Source: Nitrospirota bacterium (lineage in GTDB: Bacteria > Nitrospirota > UBA9217). From it: DNA of 64,000 nucleotides. The stretch is taken from contig CAWBNQ010000003.1 of NCBI GenBank assembly GCA_963790205.1, positions 384,001 to 448,000 on the forward strand, read 5' to 3'. The notes beneath the pieces were generated by a model. It made no database searches and was not told the DNA's origin. It saw only the letters and a program-made list of their open reading frames with translations. The translations under genes were made by a program, and so were the position numbers. This document shows positions 10,517 through 20,834 of this stretch, piece by piece. Position 1 is the stretch's first letter. Every line of letters begins with the position of its first letter.

Positions 10517-10597
10517 CTCAGAATGCGTCGCCCTGAACGAAGTGAAGGGTCTTGCACGGGAGAATAACCCGGATTCTTCGCTGCGCTCAGAATGACA
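10517..10597. repeat. REP-like palindromic intergenic element
   Basis: ccctgaacgaagtgaaggg...gattcttcgctgcgctcagaatgaca; similar in style to 22828-22948. Confidence 0.55.
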
Positions 10598-10643
10598 ATT
10601 GTATTTAGAGTTTTTTGCGAGGCAACATTATGAGGGAGCCCGA

Positions 10644-12843
10644 ATGGATCGTAGGACCTTTTTACAACTGGGCGGCTTGACAGCTGCTGTTGCCGCGCTT
10701 GCGGGGTGCAAATCCGCGAACGAAAAATTGATACCCTATCTGATCCCGCCCGATGAGGGGGTCACCCCGGGGATTGCCAACTATTATGCCAGCTCTTGCA
10801 GGTCCTGTCCTGCCGGATGCGGCATCCTGGTCCGGGAATCGGAAGGCCGGGCCAAAAAAATCGAGGGCAACCCCGAGCACCCCGTCAACAGGGGAAAGCT
10901 GTGCGGCCGGGGACAGGCCGCTCTCCAGGAGCTTTATCATCCCGACCGTATACCGCAGCCGCTCAAGCGCAGCGGGCCCCGCGGCTCGGGAGCATTCACG
11001 AAGATATCCTGGGAAGAGGCGCTGACTCTGCTCGTGGGACAACTCACGAGCCTGCAGCAGTCAAAGGCGACTGACCGTCTGGCCTTGCTGACACCGGAGC
11101 TTCGAGGCACCCTTGCTGAACTGACGATGCGCTTCATACGCTCGTACGGATCGACCAACCATGTCTCATACGAACTGCTCGGCCCGGATTGGCTGCGTGC
11201 GGCCAACCTTAAAAGCTTCGGTCAGCAGAGCCTTCCCTATTATGATATCAGCGAGACCCAATATCTCCTGAGCTTCGGCGCCGATTTCGTGGAAAGCCAT
11301 TTGTCGCCTGTTCAGTACGGCTACGCCTTCGGCCGGATGCGCCAGGGCCGGGACACGGTCCGCGGCCATTTTACCTATGTCGGCGGCCGCCTGTCATTGA
11401 CCGCCGCCTCGGCTGACCGCTGGATGCCTGCGAAGCCGGGAAGCGAAGGGGCGCTGGCCCTCGGCATGGCGCGGCTGATCCTTGCCGAGTCCCTTTGCGA
11501 TCGAGCTTCAATCGCGGCGAACGGGCTTCACGTGGAAACGCTGATGCAGGGACTCAAGGCGTACGATCTTGGCCGGGTCGCGGAAGAGACCGGATTGGCG
11601 CAGCAGGCAATCGCCGAAGTGGCCCGGGAGTTCGCTACGACCCGTCCCTCGCTCGCCATGGCAGGCGAGGCGGTTGCTTTTCAGAGCAACGGCCCGGAAT
11701 CGGTCCGCGCAGTCCAGCTCCTGAACGTGCTCGTCGGGAACATGAACCACACCGGAGGCATCTACCCGGACCATGGGTCTCCGGACGGCCCGACAAGCTC
11801 TTTCGACGAGCTCTTTTCTCTTATCCAAAAAATGGGCGCCGGCAATATCCAGATAGCCATGATTTACGGCGACCCGGTCCACTCCTTCCTCCGGCAACGC
11901 AGCTTCCAGGATGCGCTCTCCAAAGTCCCGTTCATCGTAAGTTTTTCCTCGCTCATGGATGACACAGCCCTTATGGCCGACTTGATCCTTCCCGACCACG
12001 CGGCGCTGGAGAGCTGGGGGGACGTGATACCGCTGGCAGGCACACGGGAGGGCGTGATCGGGCTGATGCAGCCGGTCGTGACGCCCGTATTCGACACGCG
12101 CCCAGTTCCCTGAAGTTCTTATGACCGCGGCCCATGAATTGGGCGGGCAGATGAAGGCGGCATTTCCCTACGAAACATACCTTGATATGCTGAAGGCTGG
12201 GATGAAAAAACGGCTTAATCCTGCGGGCGGGAAGGATTTCGAAGCAACGTGGGTAGAGCTGCTTCAAAAGGGCGGGCTGTTTAAAACGAGCCGGAACCAG
12301 GGCAAAGGATTTCGCTGGTCAGCAGGCGCGAGTCTTCCTGAGCCGGCGAAACCCGATTTCACGGGCAATGAGAAAGAGTTCCCGCTCCATCTCTTGGTTT
12401 ATCCTTCAACAGCCTTTTATGACGGACGAGGCGCTTCACTTCCCTGGCTGCAGCAGCTTCCTGACCCCATGACCACGGTGGTTTGGGACAGTTGGGTCGA
12501 GCTCAATCCGAAGACCGCCGCCGATCTGGGAATAAACTTCGGCGACCTGGTCGAGGTAACTTCTCCTCAGGGTTCGTTGCGTGTGCCGGCGGTGATCTAC
12601 CCCGGAATACGGCCCGATATGGTGGCGATCCCCATGGGGCAGGGGCACAAGGAGATGGGACGCTATGCAAAGGGAAGGGGAGCAAACGCACTCCGGCTTT
12701 TGGCGCTGACAATGGAAGGAACGAAGCCTCTTCCGGCGTGGAGTGGAACACGCGTGAAGGTAATCAGGATTTCGGACAAAGGCGAGTTGGTGACAACGGG
12801 AAATCCGCAGGGGAGCTTCAGGAGCGAGTTGATCGAGATATAG
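10644..12843 (+). pseudogene. Tat-exported molybdopterin oxidoreductase-like subunit (ActB1/QrcB-like), split by a +1 frameshift near 12100
   Basis: MDRRTFL Tat motif, CRSCPAGC...C Fe-S motif, ADLILPDH; removing one C in cgcccag gives FDTRQFPEVLMT and joins ORFs 10644-12113 and 12121-12843. Confidence 0.8.
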
Positions 12844-12961
12844 CCGAGTATTTGCCGCTCAGTCACGAAGACGCTAAGAAAGCGGCAATTTCAAAAAGAC
12901 TTTCTTCGTGACTTGGCGTTTGAGCGGCTAATGCCTTTTACAGGACAAGGACCTTACCGTT

Positions 12962-13681
12962 ATGGAAAAACTGACAAGCCCGTACAAATGGGGAATGGTC
13001 GTGGACCTCGACCGCTGCACCGGATGCGGGGCCTGCGTGGTCGCGTGCCAGGCGGAGAACAACGTGGCCATCTGCGGCAAAAAGGAGATCGCCGAAGGCC
13101 GCAACATGCACTGGCTCAGGATCGAGCGCTTCTGGGTGGGCGAATACCCCGACGTGCGCGTGCGCTTTCTGCCCGTGCTCTGCCAGCAGTGCCACGATGC
13201 TCCGTGCGAGCCGGTCTGCCCGGTTTATGCAAGCTACCACAATCCCGAAGGCTTGAACGGCCAGGTCTACAACCGCTGTGTCGGGACCCGTTACTGCGGC
13301 AACAACTGCCCTTACGCCGTGCGGGTCTTCAACTTTCACGACCACGAGCACGCCTGGCCGCCGCCGCTCAACAATCAGTTAAGTCCCGACATTACCGTGC
13401 GTCCCCGCGGGGTGATGGAAAAGTGCTCCTTCTGCATCCAGCGGATCCGCAGGGCAAGGGAAGACGCCAAGACTGAGGGACGGCTGATCAAAGACGGAGA
13501 GGTACAGCCGGCCTGCGCCCAGACGTGCCCGGCCGAGGCCCTGGTCTTCGGCAACGTGGCCGACCCGCAGAGCCGCGTTGCCAGGCTTTCGCGCAGCCCG
13601 CGGAGTTTCCGACTTCTGGAGCATCTGGGCACGCATCCCTCGATCAACTATCTCAAGGGGGGAGGACGCGAGCATGTCTGA
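12962..13681 (+). CDS. 4Fe-4S subunit (ActB2/QrcC, NrfC/DmsB family)
   Basis: CTGCGACVVAC, CQQCHDAPCEPVCP, CVGTRYCGNNCPY, EKCSFC. Confidence 0.92.
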   Translation: MEKLTSPYKWGMVVDLDRCTGCGACVVACQAENNVAICGKKEIAEGRNMHWLRIERFWVGEYPDVRVRFLPVLCQQCHDAPCEPVCPVYASYHNPEGLNGQVYNRCVGTRYCGNNCPYAVRVFNFHDHEHAWPPPLNNQLSPDITVRPRGVMEKCSFCIQRIRRAREDAKTEGRLIKDGEVQPACAQTCPAEALVFGNVADPQSRVARLSRSPRSFRLLEHLGTHPSINYLKGGGREHV

Positions 13682-15042
13682 GCATGCACTTGCCGCAAAA
13701 AGCGCCGGACAGTTGAACGACGAGATGCTTTCGTCGATGCGGCCTCCGACCTGGCGCTGGTACGGGCTCGCCGTCTTCCTCGGCGCGGTTGTGGCCTGGG
13801 GGCTCGCCGCCTTCACCTACCAGGTGATGACCGACTTGAGCGTGACCGGTCTGGACCGGCCGGTCATGTGGGGGATCTATATCGTCAACTTCGTTTTCTG
13901 GGTCGGTCTCTCTCATTCCGGCACCATGGTCTCCGCCATTCTGCGTCTGTCCCAGGCCAACTGGCGCAGACCGATCCTTCGCGCCGCCGAGGCAATGACC
14001 GTGTTCAGCATCACCGTTGCCGGCCTCTTCCCGGTCATCCATCTGGGCCGCAACTGGGTCGTCTACTATCTTCATGCCCTATCCCAATCAGCGGGGGCTC
14101 TGGCCGAATTTCCGGTCTCCGCTTTTATGGGATGCGACGGCCATCACGACCTATATCATCGGCAGCAGCCTCTTTCTTTACCTGGGGATGCTTCCCGATC
14201 TTGCCGTGGTGCGCGACCGCGCCACGGGCTGGAAGAAAAAAATCTATGCCGTCCTCGCCATGGGATGGCGGGGAACGGCCCGCGAGTGGGTGGTTTTCCG
14301 CCAGGCCTCGACGCTCATGGCCGCCCTTATCATACCGGTGGCGGTCTCGGTGCATTCGATCGTGGCCTGGGATTTCGCCGTCACGGTGATCCCGGGCTGG
14401 CACAGCACCATCTTCCCTCCCTATTTCGTGATCGGCGCGATCACCTCGGGCGTGGCCGCGGTCATCACGCTCATGATCATCATCCGGAGGGTTTTCCACC
14501 TCGAGGATTATCTCACCCCGCTGCACTTCGACAACATGGGAAAGCTCCTGCTCGTCATCTGCCTGCTCTGGTCCTATGCCTATTTCGTCGAGGTCCAGAC
14601 CACCTGGTACGCCCACGAGCCGATCGAGTGGGAGGTCTTCAGCTTCATGTCGGGCAAGTACACGCCGCTGCTTATCCTCATGCTGATCGGCAACTCGGTG
14701 CTGCCGATCGCAGGCCTCTGCTTCAGGAAGATCAGGCGCTCCGTCAAGGCGATGCTTGTGATCACTCTCCTGGTCAACGTCGGCATGTTCATCGAGCGCT
14801 ACCTCATCATCGTGCCGTCGCTCTCCCACAAGAACATGCCCTTTATCTGGGGCACCTACTCACCCTCGTGGGTGGAGCTCTCCGTGACCGCGGCCGCCTT
14901 TGCCGGGTTCACGCTCATGTATGTGCTCTTTGCGAAGTTCTTCCCGATGGTGGCGGTGACCGACGTGCGGGAACTCGGGGTACGCCATGCCGATGTCAGC
15001 CTCGGACGGGCAAAGGTGCATTCGATCTCGGAAGAGGAGTAG
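13674..15042 (+). pseudogene. actC: NrfD/PsrC-family quinol-binding subunit ActC, split by a +1 frameshift near 14070
   Basis: NFVFWVGLSHSGT...HLGR in one frame, then MPYPNQRGLWPNFRSPLLWD...VHSIVAWDF...PGWHSTIFPPYF in the next. Confidence 0.82.
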
Positions 15043-15120
15043 GTGATAGCGGATTTCCGATTTCGGATTGCGGATTGGAAAAAACATAGCTTTAATCAGT
15101 AGCAGGAAAGGATTGAACGG

Positions 15121-15630
15121 ATGGAGACTCTGGGGACTTTCAAGGATGTTGAGACCGCGACCAGGGCAGTGGACGGTCTGATCAAGGCCGGATTTTCCGA
15201 GGAAACCATCACCTCGCTTACGTCCGCGCCCTATCCCGACGGGGTGATCGTGAAGACCGACCAGCGCACCTGGTTCCGCTGGATGTCCGTTGGCGGCGGG
15301 ATTTTCGGCGCTTGCGCAGGGTTTCTCCTGGCAGCAGGCACGGCGTATATGTATCCGGTCCAGACAGGCGACAAGCCGATCATCGCTTATTACCCGACCG
15401 GCATCATCACCTACGAGCTCACCATGCTCTTTGCCATTCTGGGCGCCATTGTCGGGATGTTCATTGAAATGAAGCTGCCGCCGTGGAAAGAGCGGATCTA
15501 CGACCCCGCCATCGCTGAGGGCAATATCGGCATCAGCGTGTTCGTCCCCTCGACAGACCGGAAAAACCGGGCCGAGTCGGTCATGAAAGAAGCAGGGGCC
15601 TTGCGCACGACTTCAGAGGAGGCGCTATGA
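15121..15630 (+). CDS. actD: ActD-like (DUF3341) membrane protein
   Basis: Two TM helices, TGDKP, ITYELTMLFA; position in the operon. Confidence 0.8.
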   Translation: METLGTFKDVETATRAVDGLIKAGFSEETITSLTSAPYPDGVIVKTDQRTWFRWMSVGGGIFGACAGFLLAAGTAYMYPVQTGDKPIIAYYPTGIITYELTMLFAILGAIVGMFIEMKLPPWKERIYDPAIAEGNIGISVFVPSTDRKNRAESVMKEAGALRTTSEEAL

Positions 15631-16082
15631 AACGCATTTTGGAGCTGATCATTCTCATGGCCGTACCCTTGTTGATGGCGGCTATCTGGATGGATGATCA
15701 GCAATCCTACAAACCGTACAAAGCCCCAGTCCTTTCCCCGCCTGCGGGCGCCGTACCTGTTTCCGGCAAGGAGATCGTCTCGCAGGAATCCGAACTGCGA
15801 AATCCGGTCAAGCCGACAGCGGAATCCCTTTCTCAGGGAAAAACGCTTTTTGAGATCAATTGTCTGATATGCCATGGACAAACGTCAGCGGAACGCGGCC
15901 TCGTTGGTCAAAAACTCGTTCCGCCCCCGCCCGGCCTCGATCACGACATGGTGAAGGGTCTGAATGACTCGGCTATCTTCAAGGCCATCACCTTCGGTTT
16001 CGGCCGCATGCCCCCGTTCCAGGACAAGCTTATGCCCCAGGAACGATGGAACCTGGTCAATTTCCTGCGGACACGAAAATAA
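15627..16082 (+). CDS. actE: ActE-like monoheme cytochrome c
   Basis: MDDQQSYKPY..PP.GAVP, NPV, CLICH, GFGRMP. Confidence 0.8.
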   Translation: MKRILELIILMAVPLLMAAIWMDDQQSYKPYKAPVLSPPAGAVPVSGKEIVSQESELRNPVKPTAESLSQGKTLFEINCLICHGQTSAERGLVGQKLVPPPPGLDHDMVKGLNDSAIFKAITFGFGRMPPFQDKLMPQERWNLVNFLRTRK

Positions 16083-16152
16083 GCGAGCTTACGGACTATA
16101 TTGAATTTGCAGCAAACTTCGAACTGTGAACGTTGTACTCTGAGCTCTCTCT

Positions 16153-17532
16153 ATGCCTACCTCCTACGACGTCATTATCATCGGCACCGGGCCTGCGGGG
16201 ATCTTCGCTGCCTTGGAGCTGGTCAAGAACACCGATCTGAAAATCCTCATGATCGAAAAAGGCAGCGATATCGATCAGCGCGCCTGCCCCATGATCGAAT
16301 CCGAGGTCCCTTGCGTCCAGTGCGGGCTCTGCAGCATCCTCTGCGGGTGGGGTGGGGCGGGGGCGTACAGCGACGGCAAGCTGACCCTCACTTCCGAATT
16401 CGGCGGGTGGCTGAAGGATTACCTGTCCCCGGCCGACCTTTCGCGGTTTATAGAGTACGTTGATTCGATCTACCGGTCCTTCGGCGCAGGAGGGGAGGTG
16501 CACGGCGAGGACAACGCCGCGCTGTCGCGCCTCAAGAAGAGGGCGGCAGGATACAACCTCGAGCTGATCCCCGCGCGCATCAGGCATATCGGCACGGACC
16601 TTTGCAAGGAAGTTCTGAAAACCATCCGCAAACATCTGAACGGGAAGGTGGACGTCATCTTCGATACGCCGGTCAGCCGGATAAACAGCACCAACGGCAC
16701 CGTCGCCGGCGTGACCGCCGGCGACGGTAAAGTCTACAACGCACAGCACGTGATCGCCGCGGTCGGAAGGGAAGGCTCGTCCTGGCTCTCCGGCGAGGCA
16801 AAGCGGCTCGGGCTCTCGCTCCAGAAGAACCCCGTGGACATCGGCGTGCGGGTCGAGCTCCCGGCGCATATCATGAAGGACATAACCGACATCGCCTATG
16901 AAGGGAAGTTCATTTATTCATCGAGGCGGTTCCGCGACCGGGTGCGCACCTTCTGCATGAATCCCTACGGCGAGGTGGTCAAGGAATACAGCGAGGGCAT
17001 CTGCAGCGTGAACGGCCACAGTTACCGGAACCGGACGACCGATAATACGAACTTTGCGTTGCTCGTGAGCACTGATTTCACCAAGCCCTTTGACGACCCC
17101 ATCTCCTACGGCAAGTACATTGCCGGTCTTGCGAATCTTATCGGAGGCGGAGTCATTGTCCAGCGTTTGGGCGATCTCAAGATGGGAAGGCGTTCGACGC
17201 CCGAGCGAATTGCCGAAGGCTCGGTGCGGCCCACGCTCGAAGACGCTACACCGGGAGATCTGAGCTTCGTTCTCCCGTACCGGCATCTCCATAACATCAC
17301 CGAAATGCTCGAAGCGCTGGACAATGTTGCGCCCGGCGTGAACTCGGGCGACACGCTCCTTTACGGCGTAGAGGTCAAGTTTTACTCCATGAAGTTGAAG
17401 CTTACCCCCTGTCTCGAAACGGAAGTGAAGAACCTCTTTGCAGCAGGCGATGGCGCAGGGGTGACCCGGGGGTTGATCCAGGCGTCCATTTCAGGGGTTG
17501 TTGCGGCGAGAGAAGTGATGAGAAGGAAGTGA
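16153..17532 (+). CDS. NAD(P)/FAD-dependent oxidoreductase
   Basis: GTGPAG, GWGGAGAYSDGKL, VRTFCMNP, GDGAGVTRG. Confidence 0.85.
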   Translation: MPTSYDVIIIGTGPAGIFAALELVKNTDLKILMIEKGSDIDQRACPMIESEVPCVQCGLCSILCGWGGAGAYSDGKLTLTSEFGGWLKDYLSPADLSRFIEYVDSIYRSFGAGGEVHGEDNAALSRLKKRAAGYNLELIPARIRHIGTDLCKEVLKTIRKHLNGKVDVIFDTPVSRINSTNGTVAGVTAGDGKVYNAQHVIAAVGREGSSWLSGEAKRLGLSLQKNPVDIGVRVELPAHIMKDITDIAYEGKFIYSSRRFRDRVRTFCMNPYGEVVKEYSEGICSVNGHSYRNRTTDNTNFALLVSTDFTKPFDDPISYGKYIAGLANLIGGGVIVQRLGDLKMGRRSTPERIAEGSVRPTLEDATPGDLSFVLPYRHLHNITEMLEALDNVAPGVNSGDTLLYGVEVKFYSMKLKLTPCLETEVKNLFAAGDGAGVTRGLIQASISGVVAAREVMRRK

Positions 17533-17606
17533 GGACAACGCCTGCTGAGCAGCGGTCCCGTCTTGTTGCAACGATCAACGATGACGGAATGATCTTTGCC
17601 GGGCAA

Positions 17607-18497
17607 TCACCGAGTGGTGTCCGGGAAGGACGTCAACATTAAAGGGAGCCAGTGGTTCTTGACCGAGGGTTCTTCGAATGAATCGACCGGCTGAGCATTC
17701 GCTCCAAAATCCGCCAGCATCAGCGTGCTTTGCCATAATCTGTTGCGTGACCGGGCCCCGAGAACGGCCGTAAAGATAAGGCCCTTTTCCGTGTCCATAG
17801 CGCCCACGAAGCAGTGCCGTGCGTTGAGGGTAAACCCCGTTTTCCCGCCTACCATGTTGATTCTGGACCACAGCAGATCATCGGTGTTCTCCAGGTATAA
17901 TTCCCTGCCCGCCGCCGTTTTAATCAGCCATTCTTTTTTCCCGAGGATCTCTTTGATCAGAGGGTAGGTAAGGGCCCTTTTCAAAATGATCGTCAGGTCG
18001 CGGGCTGTTGTATATTGCCTGCCTTTGGGCAGGCCCGAGGCGGTCACGAAATGGGTATTGTTGGCCCCGATCTCCTTTGCCTTCCGGTTCATCAATTCAA
18101 CAAACGCATCCTCCGTACCGGCTGCTGTTTCGGCCAGGGCCACGGCAGCTGAATTTATTGATTTCATCAGCGCCAGGTGGAGGAGGTCTGAGACGGTCAT
18201 TTCATCGCCCGTCATAAGTCTGGGTTTGATGGAGCGGACCGCTGCGGCAGCGCGACTCACCTTTATCCGTGTCGACGGATCGAGGCGATCCAGGGCCACC
18301 ATGGCGGTCACGAGTTTTACCGTACTGGCGGGCGGGAGCTTGGCCGAGGGATTCTTTGCGTACAGGACGGAGTCCTTATCGTCTATGACGATGCACGCCT
18401 TTGCCGGAATGGCCTGGAGCGAAAAAGAAGAGGCGGGCTGCGCGCCGGCAAACAATGAGACTGTAAGAACCATATAATAAAAAAAAGTTCGGTTCAC
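17607..18497 (-). CDS. D-alanyl-D-alanine carboxypeptidase (peptidase S11)
   Basis: PASTVK (SxxK), SIN (SxN), KTG; signal peptide. Confidence 0.9.
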   Translation of the reverse strand: MNRTFFYYMVLTVSLFAGAQPASSFSLQAIPAKACIVIDDKDSVLYAKNPSAKLPPASTVKLVTAMVALDRLDPSTRIKVSRAAAAVRSIKPRLMTGDEMTVSDLLHLALMKSINSAAVALAETAAGTEDAFVELMNRKAKEIGANNTHFVTASGLPKGRQYTTARDLTIILKRALTYPLIKEILGKKEWLIKTAAGRELYLENTDDLLWSRINMVGGKTGFTLNARHCFVGAMDTEKGLIFTAVLGARSRNRLWQSTLMLADFGANAQPVDSFEEPSVKNHWLPLMLTSFPDTTR

Positions 18498-18679
18498 TTC
18501 GGCTCCGAAAAAGGTTTGTAAGTGTATATCATTATATCAGAAATAAGGGAAAAGTCCCGTGAATTAAATCAGATTTTTTGTTCAGGTTCATGCTTCTCCC
18601 CCGGCCGGAACCAGGCTTTTTAAAAACGGAGCGGAGGTAAGTCTCAGGATGAGGAGATCGCTGGACGGCATAGACAACG

Positions 18680-19204
18680 TTATTTCCCGCCAAGCACTTC
18701 CACAAGCTTCTCTCCAAATTTCTTCGCAGCTTCCGGCCCGCTTCCCGTAACGATCTTTCCGTCGCTCTCGACACCGGTGCCGGTAAAAACAGCACCCTTT
18801 GCTTTGAGCGCCTCTTCTGATGACGGGAAGGACGTTGTCTTTTTATCCTTCAGCAGTCCGGCATTTGCAAGGATTGCCGGGGCGATGCAGATGGCTGACG
18901 TGAGCTTTCCCTGGCGGTAAAAGCCCTGCGCGAGTTTGTGCGCCACGGGGCTGTCGAAATACTCCTTTGATCCCCCTCCGCCCACGAACACGATCCCGTC
19001 ATAATCACTTTCCTTTGCAGAGCTTATAAGAACATCGGGTTTCACCTCAAGGCCGAGTTTGCCCTTTGCTGTGTTCAGCGACGAGCATGCCACCGTAATC
19101 CGCACACCGGCGTCTTCGAGTGCTTTTCGCGGCTCGGAATATTCCTCGTCCCTGAAATTGTTCGACGCGATCACCATCAATACTTTCTTTCCATCCAGTT
19201 TCAT
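18680..19204 (-). CDS. DJ-1/PfpI family protein
   Basis: FRDEE, FVGGGG, AICIAP. Confidence 0.9.
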   Translation of the reverse strand: MKLDGKKVLMVIASNNFRDEEYSEPRKALEDAGVRITVACSSLNTAKGKLGLEVKPDVLISSAKESDYDGIVFVGGGGSKEYFDSPVAHKLAQGFYRQGKLTSAICIAPAILANAGLLKDKKTTSFPSSEEALKAKGAVFTGTGVESDGKIVTGSGPEAAKKFGEKLVEVLGGK

Positions 19205-19288
19205 TCGACAATCCTCCCCAGGAAGTTTCAGTGAAATTAACGTAGCAGATACACCGTGAAAAATCAAGCGCAGAGAGCAGGCAACCCA

Positions 19289-19435
19289 TGCCTATTGTTT
19301 AATCATTTGCTTAAAAAATATCGTATGTAAATTTCGCTTGCGAGGGGATGCTCGCCGGCCCTTTCTTTAACAGCGCCATGAAATCAGCATGTTACGCGCA
19401 GCAATCACAGATGTAAAAATGGCACATGCCTTGCT
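19289..19435 (+). promoter_or_regulatory. Sigma54 promoter of the porin-APC operon with upstream tandem enhancer
   Basis: TGGCACatgccTTGCT at 19420-19435; TGCCTATTGTTTAATCA-tt-TGCTT from 19289. Confidence 0.85.
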
Positions 19436-19562
19436 TTAAGCATACACAGGAAGTTGTTGCGAGACACGAGACAATGGAAAGCTCCGGAGGCTTTCATAAC
19501 GATCAAGCACCTGCTCACTGGTGAGCAGACATTTCATAGGGGGAAGGATAAAGGAGGATAGT

Positions 19563-20771
19563 ATGGGCAAAATGAAAAAGATCGGCATGGTTCTTGGTTG
19601 TTTGAATCTCGGTATGGCGATATTTTGCATCATGGCGGCACTGGCGCCCGCGGTCTTTGCCGAAGACGCAAAGCCCGCTGCTCCGGCCTTGAGCGCCGAT
19701 GACCTGAAGAAGGCGCTCGGGTTGAGCGTCTATCTGCAGGCGGGCTACACGTATAACGGCGATGCCGGCAGCAACAGCGCCGGGCAGCCCGAGGAAAACG
19801 ATTTACGGGTATTCGACCACAAGGCCAACAGCTTCAGCCTGGATCTCGCGGAGGTCGTGTTTCAGAAGGACCCGGCCCTGGGGAACGTGGGCTATAAACT
19901 GAAGCTTTCAGCAGGGGACACGGCAAAGTGGATCCATTCGCGGGGCCTGAGCGGCGCCGCATTGGACCAGCCGCAGTCCGGCGAAGCCACGGATTCCTTC
20001 GACGTAACCGAGGCGTACGTCAGCTACAACGCGGCGGTGGGCAAGGGGATCAGGTTCGATCTCGGGAAGATGGTGACGTACTTTGGAGCGGAAGTGATTG
20101 AGGCGATCGACAACCCGAACTATTCGCGGTCCCTGCTGTTCAACTATGCGATACCGTTCACGCACACGGGACTGAAGATGAGCTATGGATTCACCGACGC
20201 TTTAAGCACGAGCTTATACATCGTGAACGGCTGGGACAACAGCACGGACAACAACAAAGGGAAGTGCTACGGCGCGAGCGTCACCTATGCGCCGGCGGAG
20301 GTTTTCTCGCTCATCGTCAACGGGATGACCGGGCCCGAAGAGGACCAGACCGCGACGCCGGCCATCGGATCGGTCGGCAGCAACAGGCGCTCTCTGCTCG
20401 ATGTCGTAGCAACGATCAAGCCGGTGAAACCGCTTTCGATTATCCTGAACACCGACAACGGCCGGGAACAGAACGTCCCCGGGCTGGACGGTCCGGCGAC
20501 GTGGAGCGGAGCGGCCGGGATCGTGAAGTACGATTTCAGCGACACCTACAGCCTGTCGGTCCGGGGCGAGACCTTCGGCGACCAGGAAGGGTTCAGGACC
20601 GGCATGGTTCAGCGGGTCAAGGAAGTTACCGTGACGCCGGAGATCCGGTTGAACGGCGGCTTGATCCTGCGGCCCGAGTACCGGCATGACTCGTCGGATA
20701 TCTCGGCCTTTGACAATGGAACCAAGAGGAGCCAGAACACCATCGCGCTCGGCGCGATGTATAGATGGTAA
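19563..20771 (+). CDS. Outer-membrane beta-barrel porin (BBP2/OmpL-like)
   Basis: Signal peptide, LRVFDHKANSF, NPNYSRSLLF, PFTHTG, NGWD, RPEYRHD, terminal aromatic residue (YRW). Confidence 0.85.
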   Translation: MGKMKKIGMVLGCLNLGMAIFCIMAALAPAVFAEDAKPAAPALSADDLKKALGLSVYLQAGYTYNGDAGSNSAGQPEENDLRVFDHKANSFSLDLAEVVFQKDPALGNVGYKLKLSAGDTAKWIHSRGLSGAALDQPQSGEATDSFDVTEAYVSYNAAVGKGIRFDLGKMVTYFGAEVIEAIDNPNYSRSLLFNYAIPFTHTGLKMSYGFTDALSTSLYIVNGWDNSTDNNKGKCYGASVTYAPAEVFSLIVNGMTGPEEDQTATPAIGSVGSNRRSLLDVVATIKPVKPLSIILNTDNGREQNVPGLDGPATWSGAAGIVKYDFSDTYSLSVRGETFGDQEGFRTGMVQRVKEVTVTPEIRLNGGLILRPEYRHDSSDISAFDNGTKRSQNTIALGAMYRW

Positions 20772-20834
20772 GGGTTGAGCAAGCGTCAAAAAATGGTGCC
20801 TGACTTGTCAGGCACGGTAATTAAGGAGAATACC

